Of a DNA stretch of 64,000 bases, positions 1-13,109 are shown piece after piece (the first letter of the stretch is position 1; every line of letters begins with the position of its first letter). Location of the stretch: NCBI GenBank assembly GCA_028534125.1, contig CM052816.1, positions 48,982,001 through 49,046,000 of the forward strand, written 5' to 3'. This DNA is from Lama glama (lineage: Eukaryota). Both the position numbers and the translations under genes were made by a program. Under the pieces are notes generated by a model. The model did no database searches. It was given only the letters and a program-made list of their open reading frames with translations, and had not been told where the DNA came from.

Positions 1-199
1 TCCTGATCCTCCTGGTCACTGTAATACTTTTAAGAATAATCACTCCTCTGGTTTCTAATAAGATGGTCTTGTCTATTTGGGAAGTTGGTATCCATAGAGT
101 CATGTCTTTTGTGAATTGCTTTGTGCGCTTCTTATATTATTTGTGAGGTTTTATGTGTAGGTAAAGTTGATTTGGTCTTGTTCCTGAAGAGTACTCCTT

Positions 200-478
200 T
201 GTATGAATATAGCACAGTACTGTATGGCAAATTGTCAATTCTACAAATGAGAAATATGTCAATATTGTTGGGCATTTGGTTGTTCCCATTTTTATCTATT
301 AAAACCCTGTGCATTTATTTTGGTGAATATTTGCATAAATTTCTGTTGGATATTTAACTAAGAGTAGAATGGCTAAGTCACACACACACACACACACACA
401 CACGCACGCACACACACACACATATATACTGACAAGATAGTTTTCCAAAGAGGTTGTGGCATTTTACAAATGAACAGT

Positions 479-516
<38 letters not shown>

Positions 517-770
517 TGACAAGATAGTTTTCCAAAGAGGTTGTGGCATTTTACAAATGAACAGTGTATGAGTTCCAAATGCTACATATTCGCACCAGAG
601 TTTGGTATTGTCTTTTTCACTTTATCCATTCACATGAATCTGTAGTGGTATAGTATTTTGGTTTTAACTGAAATTTTTCTGATGACTAATAAAGGTGAGT
701 GTCCTGTCACACACCTCTTAGACATTTGGAGACTTACTTTGCGTAGTGCTGTTCAAGTTTTGCCTTTTAT
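200..770 (-). mobile_element. Old LINE-1 (L1M-type) fragment from the ORF2 C-terminal/3' region, interrupted by (CA)n and a local duplication
   Basis: Antisense L1 phrases: aagagtagaatggctaagtca, ttttccaaagaggttgt, gtagtggtatagtattttggttttaactgaaatttttctgatgactaat. Confidence 0.7.
378..568. repeat. Two (CA)n microsatellites, each followed by an identical 56-bp unit (426-481 and 513-568)
   Basis: atactgacaagatagttttccaaagaggttgtggcattttacaaatgaacagtgta occurs twice, verbatim. Confidence 0.97.
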
Positions 771-1229
771 AAAACTCTCTACAGAGTGTGTGTGAACTTG
801 TTTTTGTTATTTTTTCCTCTTAAATATTGGAAATATATCATTTTGGGGGACCAATTAGGCCTGATTTTGGGGGGATGAGTAACTCAGTAAATTTGGTTAC
901 CAAAGGTATAGGAGTATTCAGATTTTTTTATTTGATTTTGTATCAGTGTTCTTTATTTCATAACGGTAGAAAATAAAACAATAATCTGATTCTCTCAACA
1001 CTTGCTTTACTGTTGCCATGTATTTCAATTACAAGTAAAACACCACAGGTCAACATTTATTTATACTTTCACATTACTCTTTATTTCTATCTGGATTCTC
1101 ATGGTTTCATTCAGGAATACTTTTTTTCTACCTGTAGTTCTTTTGGCAACCAGATCTCCAGTTTTTATCTGATTTTGATTTCAATTTCATTCAGATTTTT
1201 TAAATAATTCACTTTTCAAAAAAAATTAC

Positions 1230-1560
1230 AGCTGCCATTTATTTTCTTTCAGTACTTAAGCATGTCAGCATGTCAGTTACTTGGCTTTTGATTTCCGTTA
1301 TTTCTATTAAAAAGTCAGTTACCAGTATTAAACTTCTTCCTTTGAGGATAATATGCCTTTTTTTCTCTATCTGCTTTTAAGGTTTTTCTCTACGGATATA
1401 ATATTCATCGTCATGTTTTGGAAATGTCTCAGACATTTTTTGTGCTTTTTTACTTCTTTTGAAATTTTCTTTTTTATACTGTGTTGTAACTTATGTATAG
1501 TGAATTTCACAAATCTTACATGAACATTTGGATCAATTTTGATAAATATTTTCATGTGGA
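1230..1560 (-). mobile_element. Old LINE-1 fragment from the 5'/inter-ORF region
   Basis: aaaagtcagttaccagt...tgcctttttttctctatctgcttttaaggttttttctct resembles antisense L1M sequence. Confidence 0.5.
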
Positions 1561-1564
1561 GACT

Positions 1565-1703
1565 TCCCAATCAATGTACAGAATAGTTCCATCAGTTTAA
1601 GCAGTTTCCTTATGTTCCTTTCCACTTCAGTTCTCCATCCAAAGAACAACCAGTTTTATTGTGCTTATTTCCACAACCATAGTTTTGCTGTGTATGTGTT
1701 ATT

Positions 1704-1748
<45 letters not shown>

Positions 1749-2160
1749 TAATCAATATGTTAATTTTTATCTGGCTTTTTTGTTTTAACATATTGCTGGG
1801 TCGTCTATATTATTGTTTGTATCAGTGGTCCCTTCATTTTACTGAAATGTGGTATTCAATTGTATGACTATAGCGCAATCTGATTTTTTATTCTTTTGAC
1901 TAGTATTTTGTTTGTTTTCAGTTGTTGACTAATATGAATATTTTTATACATACCTTTATGTGATGTGTGATTTTATTTTTCTCAGATAAGGTTCTATGAT
2001 TGTAACTGTTGCTTATAAGAATAGGTAGATGTTTAACTAGGTAAGAAGTTGTCCGGTTGTTTTCCGAAGTAGTTGCAGTGTTGTATAGTCTCACCAGCCA
2101 TAAACAAGAGTTCCACATGCTCCTCACTCTTGACATGAATCTATATTGCATTTCATTGTA
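1565..2160 (-). mobile_element. Old LINE-1 3' end (L1MC/L1ME-like) containing (TA)n at about 1707-1745
   Basis: gtacagaatagttccatca, gtggtattcaattgtatga, ttttccgaagtagttg, agagttccacatgctcc are typical antisense L1 3' motifs. Confidence 0.65.
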
Positions 2161-2169
2161 GTATTGATA

Positions 2170-3360
2170 GGAAGTAGGGCTGGAGACTGGGGGACTAGGG
2201 CCAGAGCCAGGTATGTGTTGGGACTTCCCTTCTGCTTAGTGGCCCTATTCTGCCCACGATTTTAGAGCAGAAGTCCTGAGTTTGAGTAGGTATTGGCTCT
2301 ATTCCCTTTAAGTGTATGGTCTCTCCCTTCCCAGACACTGGCACCCTTGCCCCAAAGGGGAACATTTCTGAAGTAAGAGTGGCTGATACAGGTGCTTGGC
2401 ATGGGTCTGGAAACAGGCTGAGTCTGTCTTACCTGAAGTCAGAGACCTGGACCACTTCTGATGCACTGCTTGTGTAAGCACCGGTAATGGCAGCCCCCAC
2501 CCTACTGAGAGGCCTCCCCAGGTATGAGTCAGCATTGTCCCTCATGGCTGAGTTCTCCCTCAGCTGCTGCAGCCCTCACTCTAGTGTGGAACTTTGCTGC
2601 AAAGTAGGAGGGTCTGGTGCGGTGCTTGGCATGAATCTGATTGTGGGCTGAGTCTGTTTTGTCCCAGTCATAGAACCAGATCACTTCTGATGCGCTGCCT
2701 ATGTAAGCCCCAGTAATGGCTGTCCCTGCCCTGTTAGAGGCTGCTCTGGGTCTAAGTCACTTTTGTGCCTTTCATCTGAGTTCTCACCTCAGTCATGGCA
2801 TCCCTCACCCCAGTGAACCTATGTCACAAGCAAGGCTGAAACAGGAGTTCAGCTCAGACTAGGGCACTTGCCAGGACAGCCTCAGGAAAGGCCAGTGACC
2901 CATGTAGTTTCAGTCTGCCCTCTCTGCCGTGTTTTGGGAATAAGCAGATGTGCGTGTGCTCCTCATGAGTGGAGTTTGAGTTCCCACAGCTCTCCTGTTA
3001 GTCTCACCAGCCCTTCAAGCACCCAAGGGGACTCGTTTTCCCAGTTGTCAAACCTCAGGGTTGGGGTACCCAGTATGTGACTCAAATCACTCCCATCCTG
3101 AAGAATGTCTCTGCCTGGGTAATCCTCTTCCTCCTCTGAGACCTGTCCTGGGGAACTGGCCCTGACTTGATTACTTCTTTTCCCTTCCTACCTGATTGCA
3201 TGTGGATCTTTCTTATAGCCTCGGTTGTATAGGAGTCTTTCTGTTGGTCTCCAGTTAATTTTCAGTGAGAATTCTTCTTCACATAGATGCATTTTTGATA
3301 TATTCCTGTGGAGTGATGAGTTCCATGTCCTCCTACTCTACCATCTTGATCTCCCTTCCT
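2170..3360 (-). mobile_element. LINE-1 5' UTR (laurasiatherian type) with ~230-bp internal repeat units
   Basis: GC-richer block ending in gagttccatgtcctcctactctaccatcttg, the reverse complement of the L1 start caagatgg(c)ggagtaggaggac. ggtgcttggcatg recurs at 2391 and 2621. Confidence 0.85.
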
Positions 3361-3379
3361 GGGAGTTTGCCCATTAACT

Positions 3380-4400
3380 TTTAACATAACCTTACACACA
3401 TATACACACACACATTCTTGCAAGTGACTTTATATTAAGATGATGCAAATATTATGTTAATGTTGATATGATCCAAAATTAGCGGCATAACAAAAATCAC
3501 ATAATGTAAGTAAAACAGGTGAAATATAAATGCTTTAAAAATGTAAGTATGGGTCCATAATATATTTTCTATTAAAAAAAAAAAGACTAGTCATTACTCG
3601 TTCTTTTCAGTGATAAGGCCTGGAAACAATGACTAAATCCTTCACAGTGAGCACTTGTAGCATCAGATATAATCTGTAACTAAAAGGAAACAGGGCTGTT
3701 TGAGGGGAGTGTGGTTAATCCCAGATTTGGAACAAGAGTTTTATAAGATGAGCCTGGAATAACTTTTCGGGTAGAAAGCAGTCCAGATAACAAAGACTAC
3801 TAGGATCATGTCAGAATGGCCTTGATTTTAACCTGAAAGTTCTCTTATTAGGCAAAGATAGGACTCTTGTGAATCAATAAAAATAACGTCAATGATCTGA
3901 GGTATATTAATTATGTCAAAATTTATTAGTCATTCCTTCTTGTAAGATGCTATGGAAGATGGAATAAGGTAACATTCTCATGTTTGTGGGGCCAGAGAAA
4001 AATTAACTGGAATTCAAGACTTCCAAGGAAGTAAGAATTTGAGAATTTAACATCTCACAATTCTGAAAAGTAGTAAATAACAGATACTCATTTTTAGTAT
4101 CTACTTCTTACATAAACAGTACCTCACAAAAAACCATATAGTAGATAAGAGGAAGTTTAAATTTTCCTAAAGAAATGTTCCTACTAAAAGTAAAGTATTG
4201 AGGATCTGATTATCACTCTTATGCCAACATCTAATAGAATAATAAATCTAGGCAATGCTTATCTAAGTCCATTAATATTAAAGAAAGGGAGATATGTAGA
4301 TGTTATGTACTACCTGTGGAAATACGTGATTCTACCACTGAAATACTCTTGCCAAAATGGAACCTGAGCAATATCAAGATGCTAAGTGATTCTCAGAAAG
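3380..4400 (+). mobile_element. L1MC-like 3' UTR fragment
   Basis: aaaaggaaacagggctgtttgaggggagtgtggttaatcccag...aagatgagcctggaa resembles the L1MC3/4 3' UTR; a similar segment lies at 34850-34990. Confidence 0.6.
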
Positions 4401-5210
4401 CCAGTTACACAGTTGAAAAATTTATCATTCATTATAGTTATAAAAATTAAATTAAAATCCAAGTGAGATAGCAATATAAATACTCAAGATTTAGTAAAAG
4501 TAAAAAGGTAGATAATCTCATAATACCGTATCTTGGGAAGAATGAGAATTAATTGGAATTCTCAATAACTGCTGGTAGGAATAAAAAGTGGTATAACCCA
4601 CTTTGGAAAATGTTTGGAGATATTGACTAAAGTTAAAAATGCAAGTACTTTGTGACCTATCACTTTTGTGTCTAAGAATACAGCCAACATAAATATGGAA
4701 ATATTTGGACCAAAATATACATTCACATATTTTCTTAGTGAGAATATCATAAAAGCCAAGTCCTGGAAAGAAAGAAAAGGCCTATCAAAATTAGAATAAT
4801 AGGTAAATAGATAAAGTGTAATATAATTTTTCAGTGAAATTCTATTTAGAAAAGTGACTGAACAAACTGCTCATGTGTACAGTGATACGCATAAATCTCA
4901 TGAGCCTGGTTTCGAGTGAAATAAATCAGACATAAAACACTATATATTGTGTGACACCATGAAAATAAATTTAAAATTGAAATATAGGAGGTACATATTT
5001 AGGACATTTGATGTCAGCTTACTTTTGAGGATGAGTAGAGACTTCACTGAGAGAGCCATGAGGGGGTTTCTAGGATGCGGTAATGTGTTTTTTGATCAAA
5101 ATGGTGATTTCATAAATGTGTCCAATTTGCAAAAATTAATCAGTATCTACTCTTCTGATTTGTATAATTTCCTGAATTAATTTTATATTACACTACAAAA
5201 TTTATTATGA
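4400..5210 (+). mobile_element. Old LINE-1 ORF2 C-terminus and 3' UTR (L1ME-like)
   Basis: ctgctggtaggaataaaaagtggtataaccactttggaaaatgtttgg is a degenerate copy of the conserved ORF2 Cys-rich region. Confidence 0.7.
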
Positions 5211-5419
5211 AAACTACTTTCAATGAATCCTCTTCTTCTGGAATTCTTAAAGTTTAAGATGGGTTCTATGATTAGAAAGCCTTGGGGATGTAGGGCCAAA
5301 ATATAAAATAAGAAGCAAGAAGTATACTTAAATTTAATTATGATTTTGATTATTTTGATTCTGTTTCAAATAAATCAACAATTTAATTAAAAGCTAAGAA
5401 ATTTTTCATTTTATATGTC

Positions 5420-5700
5420 TGGCAAGTGTACTATGATATTCATTAATACATGAATTCTTATGTTTTATGTAATTATATTGAAATATTTATGGATGAAATC
5501 ATATGACACATGGAATTTGCATCAAAGCAGTGTAGTGTGTGTGGGCAGAGACATGAGGGGAAAGCTATGTGATTGTAGATGAAATAGGTTTGCCCATGAA
5601 TTGATAATTTTTGAATCTGTGGATTCATTATACTAATAATGACACATTAAAATATAATAAAGTACAATTGTAATTTTCAATTAAAAACTTGTTAAAAACC
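5420..5700 (+). mobile_element. Old LINE-1 3'-terminal fragment (L1MC4/L1ME-like)
   Basis: tgaaatatttatggatgaaatcatatga...ggaatttgc...ttgcccatgaattgataatt...gattcattatact. Confidence 0.6.
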
Positions 5701-6760
5701 AGTAAAATTTTAAATATAATGATAAAAATATTGGATAAATACAGCATTATAAAGTGTTAATAAATACGTTTTTGGTTTAAACAGAGACCAAGATACTGAC
5801 TTTTTTTTCCCCTGAATGTATCTGTACTTTTCAGGAAAATAGACCCCCAAATAACTTATTTTTAGGTTATCTACAATACTTTTAACTTCACATATTCGAA
5901 AAGATTGAAGACTTTGGACACTAAGAATGTACTCTAGCTTTAGGACAAATTAGTCACTTGAAGACAATTTTTAATTTATATTAACTCTTTTTACATACAT
6001 ATTCTTATACATTAACTGAGAGAGATCAACAATCAGCATTTTAAAGAGTAATGCTATTATGAGGATTCTAATTTAATGTTACTGAAAGCTCAGTAGTTCC
6101 ACTGGTCAAGCACTGAAGTAAAATAGAAAGATATCGGTAACCTTTCAATGACAGCTTCATGGAAGGATATGAAGACAGCTATAGGTTATTTTCCCACATA
6201 AAAAAGCTTCCTCATTTACTTTGAATTCATAAAGCATTATCAGCAAAAATTTCAATTAAACATTTAATGTCAAACTATTTGGAGTAACATATTTTACCCA
6301 TGTTTTATAACTTTTTATTGCATTTTGCCACCAAAGTTCTTGAGGCTTTCTTCTACTTTTTGTAAAGTAACCTAAAATCCTTTATGTTAAGATTAACACA
6401 TTTATAGTCATTCTGTTAAATTATTTTACAAGTGAAGCAAGGCTATAAAGCTTGCTCCAGAAGATAGAAGATTGTCAGAAGACAGTAATGTAACATTTAA
6501 CAACCGCATTTTCTAGTCATCAACTTCTCATTTGATAGAGTCCATGTCAGTTTTGAATTTCCCATCAGTTCAAATACCACTTAACAGTTGAAAGGGAAAA
6601 AAGCCACTGTTGGAAATAAGTATAGTCTCTTTTCCGTTTTGAAGGATTCTCTGAAAGATATTAGACAATGATAGCATTATTTCAGTTTAAAACTGAATAT
6701 ATATGTGAATTATCAAAGCATTTGTTTTCAAATCAATTACTTTTAGATCCAGGATCCTTT

Positions 6761-6883
6761 TTTTTTTTTAATTGACATATGGCAGTTACAGTGTGTCCAT
6801 GTCTGGTGTACAGCATAATGTCCCATACGATATCACTAATATGTAAAAAGGGAACACTAATGAACTCATTTACAAAACAGAAG
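6761..6883 (-). mobile_element. Very short, 5'-inverted cetartiodactyl-type L1 insertion
   Basis: Poly-T plus antisense L1 3' terminus (to ~6825), then sense L1 3' UTR (aactcatttacaaaacagaa). Degenerate TSD caggatccttt (6750-6760) / cagtatacttt (6884-6894). Confidence 0.75.
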
Positions 6884-7179
6884 CAGTATACTTTCTTTTG
6901 CTATTTTTTCTTAAAGCCACCTTGTTTCTCTGTGTTATCTGAGTTTAAATAGGGTAAGCATGAATGTTCATTACATGGATAGATCATTTTGCTAGAGAGG
7001 TAAACCCACCTGGTTTAATATAATCATTTGAGCAGTAGTTAATGCTATATTGTTATTGCAGTGAGACTCAAATATATGCCTTAAAAATCATATTAATTAA
7101 ATTATATTTTATTCAACACTTCCAAAAAAAAAAAACAAAACAGAAAAGAGGACCAGAAAAGCAGCAGTATATCTTTGCT

Positions 7180-7450
7180 TATTAGTGATTTGTAGCTCCA
7201 TTACAGATTGGGATTGTTCTGCCCATTTTAAAAGAAAGAATGGGGTTCAAGGTCACGCAGAGAAACTTTGTAAGTATTAAGTACCAGGCCTGAAATCAGT
7301 AGATGTCACTTCTGCTCACATTCCATTCATACAAATATAGTCATATTGACTGCAAGAGAGGCTGAGGAATGTAATCCAGCTGGGTAGCACCATGGCCTAT
7401 TATATTTCTATTATTATGATCAAAGAGAGGAACAAAGTTTTTGGAGAGCT
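7180..7450 (-). mobile_element. MaLR LTR fragment (MLT1J/K-like)
   Basis: tcacttctgctcacattccatt...actgcaagagaggctgaggaatgtaatc is a characteristic MLT1 segment. Confidence 0.7.
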
Positions 7451-7677
7451 CCACTAGAATTAGTAACTAGGAGTAGAGGTTGGTGTATTGAATTATGAGA
7501 AATGGAGAAGTAGGATAAAGTACAGAGCCAAAGGAACTCTCTATACAAAGATAAGAGAATATTTTTTACATAGGAGTTTTTGTTTAGTCCCTGACATTTA
7601 CTAAGTGAGTGATCTTAATTAAGTCACTTTTTTTGGATCCCACTTTTTATATTTTTAAAGTAAGCAGCTTGGTTTAC

Positions 7678-7714
7678 TCAATATTTCTCAAACTTCGGTA
7701 ATCAAAAAGTGGAA

Positions 7715-7747
<33 letters not shown>

Positions 7748-7875
7748 TGAATCTGAGAACCTGATGATTCTAATAGATTTAGTTAGGTGGTGGGATAAAC
7801 TGAGAGTGTATACTTTACCAATCTCTTTAAGTGCTTCTAGTGCATTTAAACCATAAGTTATATTTGGAAAATCTC
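7678..7875. mobile_element. Possible MER5-like hAT-Charlie remnant containing (GT)n at about 7718-7746
   Basis: Starts caatatttctcaaactt and ends tttggaaaatc, with an internal gattctaat...ggtggtggga segment. The (GT)n tract itself is certain. Confidence 0.45.
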
Positions 7876-8079
7876 AAAATTTAATGTTCTCTAAAATACT
7901 ATTCAGCTCCAAAATTTTGAATCCACATATTCTTGAAACTGAGAAATATGTGAAACACACAGTAGACTTTGGAAGTCATGAAGAACACAAAGAGCAAGCA
8001 TATTGGAGTTGGACAAATATATTGATATCTGAAAATGGAGAAGGGTAGTTTCTAGAAATGACTACTATCTTTAAAGGAT

Positions 8080-8740
8080 AAATTGTTAAACTTGTCCATA
8101 GTAAAATTATAAACTTCTCTTTATCAAAAGGCACACTAAAAAAAAAAATCAAAGATGTATATAACTAACATTTAACATGTAACCAACACATATAGTCAAC
8201 AAAGGGCTAATGTTCTAAATCAGTGTATATAGATAGTAGATGATAAAGATAGATGGCCATAATTTTAATAAGAAAGAGATGTATAATCAAATTGAAAAAT
8301 GGGCAAAAATCTTGTACCAGCTCCTTAAGAGGAAATCCTTTATAATCAATAGTCAATGATGCCTCTTTTTATTCTCTGTGGTTTCCATATGGCCAGTATA
8401 CCTATGAAAAGGGACTCAACGTTATCAAAAATCAAGGACATGCAACATATAACCAATGTAAGTGACAATTACATATCCACCAGATTGGCAAAGATTTAGA
8501 AGTTTGACAACACCAAATGCTTGGAAAGATGTAAACCAATAAAACACTTATATAATGTTGGGAATATAAAATAATATTTGAAAAACAGTTTGGGATTATT
8601 CAGAAAGGTGAAGCTTTGCATTATGTTATGACTTTGTTATATACCCTAGAGTAGTGCTAATATATTTACACTGAAGGACAAATACAAAATATTCATAAAA
8701 TATTACTTTAAATAGGCAAAATTTTGAAGCTTTGGGGAAG
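8080..8740 (+). mobile_element. Old LINE-1 ORF2 3' fragments
   Basis: aattgaaaaatgggcaaaaatcttg, catatccaccagattggcaaagatttagaagtttgacaacaccaaatg. Confidence 0.7.
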
Positions 8741-11700
8741 TCTATAGTACATTCTGTTTCTACCAAAAACGTTAATAAACATATAATAACCGTCCTTAGC
8801 AATATAATTTTGGCTGGCACAGAACTAAAAAGGAAAAGGATAATTGAAAGTTGAGGAAATTGATTTTCTGTATTATTTAAATGATTTGAAATCATGAAAA
8901 CATAATTAATTAAAAAAAGAAAATTGAAATACAAAGTACCACATTTAGATGGAAAGTCTATTACATAGCCATAAAGCATGGTCTTAATTTATACAAACCT
9001 ACTATGAAAAAGGCCTACAATTTTGATGGATTATAAGTGTAATGTAAGTGAGCAATTTTCTATGATGTCAAATAAGACCAGACTAATAAAATTTCACTCT
9101 CTTTTAATACATGCAAAAATTCTCAGATGAAGGAAAATAGCCTATTTTTCTCTCCACTTGCTATTTGGAAGAGCAACTTTACTTTAAAGGACATATTTAA
9201 TGTTGGATTGACCTAGAGGTTGAGAACTCTGGAAATGATAGTAAACAGGAAATGTCTGAAGGAAAAGAAGGTATTTCAGCTAAGGTTAGACACTCAAATT
9301 TTTTTTTCCCCCAAAGGTTTTCATAGATAGCTATGTGACATGACTAAATTTAAAACTTGCATGCTCTTTCTCAAAAAAGCAGATTTTTTTTTTTTGTCAG
9401 TAAGAGAGATTGAACAATTAGAATATGTTCCCTAAAAAAAAGACTTTTTTCACCACTGGAAATAATCAAACGAGGATGAGATGATCAGCCCTGATACAGG
9501 TTTCAGCACTGGAGCAAGTGTTTGATTGAATTTTGTGTAAATTATCTTTGCCATCTAAAAGTCTATCATTTAATTCTACAAAAATAGTTTTATGAAACTC
9601 TTCTTTTTAGGTATAATGTCAGCTTTTTAAAAAATGTATGATTATGGCTATGTTTAGAAGGTATAGTATTTTTGAAAAGAGAAAGAATTTTATTTTCCAG
9701 TATTAGCATTATCGTTTGCAGATTAGATAGATAAAAATGGATGTTTTTAAGCTCTTAAATGGATTCCAAGCTTCTAGACAAAATGTCTACACATATGTAT
9801 ATTCAGGTGCTGTCTATTTTATGGACTATAGGAATGTGTAATTCATTCTTCCTGCATTTAAGTGGGAAGAAGAAAAGTACTCATTTAAATTTTGATTTTA
9901 GATGTCACTTACTGTTCTGCCTGTGGTTAACGCAATCACGAAGGCTTTATCCCAAGTGATTCAAATTGTATGCTAGTGATAATTGTGCCTAAGTGCTCTT
10001 AATTTGATTTTAGTGCAGTCTTTTAGATGCTTTCCTTCTAAACCAAATTTAATTGTGATCTAATGTTATTGAAGTTTAGTATCATATACTTAAGGATGCT
10101 GTGGTCATTCCATTTCTACATTTTGAAGTTCTGATTTTATGTGTAAGGATTGTTTTCCTAATGGAGATACAGAGTTTTATGTCATTTATATACAGAGACA
10201 ATTATATGAGAGAAAAGTAGCACAGTACATAATCACATGGAATTTTTCAGCCCTCCTTCTTAGTTCCTATTTATTTTCTTTAAATTTATAATAATAGAAA
10301 ATGACTCAGCACTTAACCAATTGCCAGGCATGCATCTAGGGAGTTCACATGCATTACATCAGTTAAACCTTCAAAAAATTATGAAAAAACACTTTGTTCT
10401 ATCATAGGACTTTATTTCACTAAGCTTTGTTTCTTAAACCTTGGTTATAGATCTGGATTTGTTTGTTTATTTATTATGGTGGAAAAAGACAATGTCAAGT
10501 TTTAGGTTTCTGGTGAAGTAGACAAAGTTGTAATGTTATAATGCCATAGAAGCTTCTTAATATATGGCCTGTAGATGTACAAGGGTAGAAAGGTATATGT
10601 AGATGGGTGGAAATACTGCATTTACCATTGTTAAAGTGCTCCTACTTCTGCCTGATACATTCTGTGGGGCTACACTCACCTGGGGGAGTCCCATGGTCAA
10701 GGAAGGGACATTCAGCCACATTGCAACTTTACAATTAAACAAATGAATCTATTGTTGCTACTGCAATGCCATGGATATTCTAGGCACATATATGTAAACA
10801 TGCTGTAAACAGGTTGCCCTTCATTATAAGACAGTTGTATGCCCCAAAAAGAAAATGAATAAAATCAGGACTGCAGAGGTGAGTAGAGGGCAGAAAAGCA
10901 TGAATATATAGAGATTTAAGGGCCTAAATTATGCTCAAGGATACAACTGCAAGTAAATTAATTTACACATTTGTCAAAATAAGAGTGAAAGGTCAGCCTA
11001 CAATCCCAATTTGTCTGTAAAATAAAAAGTTGGGTGAATTATAAGAAAGCATTCTTACTTAAGGCAGTTTTCTCTCAGAGTTGTTTTCAGTAAATCCTGC
11101 CACCCATTAAGCAAAGATTTACAGGTGATCTGTGAAGGGAAATTTGTACCGCCACACATTAACAGAAGGTAGGGAGTAAAACATAGTCAAAGTCTTAACT
11201 TCTTGACTTTATGGTATTGAAACTCTTTTAATGCCATTTTAAATTTGCTTAATTTAATCCCCTTCTTAATTTAAAAGAACATAAAACCCAATAGTTTTAT
11301 CATCATACTTTATTTTGCCCTCTGTGGACCTCTATTTTAATTCATTTCATGGTGGTTTTAGGCAGGCAAAACTAGGCTCAAAACACTGCACTTCTCAGCA
11401 ATCACTGTGTCACTAGCTAAAGTTGAGGTGCCTTATCCTCCTTTATTTTACATGTGCTCTCTCTTCTTTAGATGCATAATGAATGCAAAATACAGGTCTT
11501 TTCAAGGCAAGTTTGTTGGTATTCCACTTTTAGGCATATTATGAATGATCTATGCCTGCTGCCTGGTGGTGAGGATTAGATTTGGAGAGGGGACTCCTTT
11601 AGGAAGTGGCAACTCATGAAGTGGTCCTTAATTGCTTCTCCCTGTTCCAAGTGGGAAGGTAGGTCTCTGCAATTTACAGTTAATCTCCAAGGAGACTTTC

Positions 11701-11974
11701 TTTGCTAATAAATGAATGACTTCTTTGGAATCCTGGGCATTGTAAATAGTATTCTGAGGGTTATTAGTCATCTTCTGAGGACATAAAACTCTGGAATTTG
11801 TTCCTTGTAGAATCCTGATTGCTGCAGGGTCATATCTACTTGAGAATTAATCAGCTACAATTGGTTATTTCCTTTTCTAACAAAGTTCCTTAAAAAGTAA
11901 GTTGCAAACATGGCCATACTTCTTTTCAGTCTAGGAGATGTCTAGTCCTTCAATAAGTACTATGTATCTATTAG

Positions 11975-12170
11975 AATGATAATAATATTCACAGTTCTTA
12001 TAGATTGAGTATAGACACAGTCAAGACATTTACATGTATTTTCTTATTGATTCTTCACAGTGAAGGTATTATTTTTTATTTTACAGAATAGGAAAATAGC
12101 ATTGCAGAATTTGGATTCTCACAGATTTTCTTCTGTATCCCCTAGACAGCAGGCAATGTGTTCTACTAAT
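11975..12170 (-). mobile_element. MIR SINE
   Basis: gattcttcacagtgaaggtattattttttattttacagaataggaaaat matches the antisense MIR core. Confidence 0.6.
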
Positions 12171-13109
12171 AAACCCAAGACAACCCTATTACCTACTTCA
12201 ACAATGACCTTAAAAGGGAAGGCTACCCTATTCCTCATAGGGTACAATTAATATTCTTCTGGAATTCTGTCTGTAGTACTTTATACAGACATTATTTAAA
12301 TCTGGTGATAAAAAATATAGAAATGATTTAACATAGGTCACAGAGCCCCTTAATTGTGCTGATTCGTTTCTCTTCTTGGACAATCCTTGTAATTTACACA
12401 GATAAATGGAGTCATCTGCAGAAGTAATCAGGTCATAGGCTTATGTAAGGAAAAATGTAATTAATTCCAAATGAATAACTCTGCATTTTTTTACATTGTC
12501 TTTGAAAATTTTTAAACATTTCACCCTTGTTAGCATATTTTGAATTACTCACATCTAGATACATACGACATATTTTTTTTAAAAATGTGCTTCTAGAAAT
12601 GTAGTCAGGGTAATATTCAACTTACAGAATGTAATCAGTGCTCAGAATGAATCTAATGCACAGTGGCTATGGTACTGCTAAACCCGGGCAATAAAAAACT
12701 AAGCAAAAACTTAAATTTGAAAAATTTTATGTAACAATATACACATTTTGCAAATTAGAATAATAATTTTAATAAATATGCTTTTTAGGAGGTAAATGGA
12801 TATGAAGAGAGGGCAGGATAATAATGAATGCTGGGTTTAGGGTGTTAGTTACTTCAAGGGAAGAAAGATAAGGGTATGAGTTGGGGACAGACCACATAGA
12901 AAGATTTTTGCAGTCTTGGATTCTGTTTTTGTTAGTGAGTTCCTGTAACATACACAAATACAATTATATATAAGTTCATACTTATATAAAATAAATAAAA
13001 AGAAGGCTTTTTATGGAACAATGATCAGAGTGTACCACGAAGCAAAAATTATGGTTAACCTAATTACCTGTTCCTATCATCTTAACAACAAAAAACTACA
13101 CAAATGTAG

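Noticed and set aside
378..578. Cys/Val-rich repetitive ORF (also the ORFs within 38452-38774)
   Set aside because: These are translations of (CA)n microsatellites and a local duplication.
8626..8979. 117-aa hydrophobic ORF
   Set aside because: AT-rich chance frame that partly overlaps L1 sequence; no recognisable domain.
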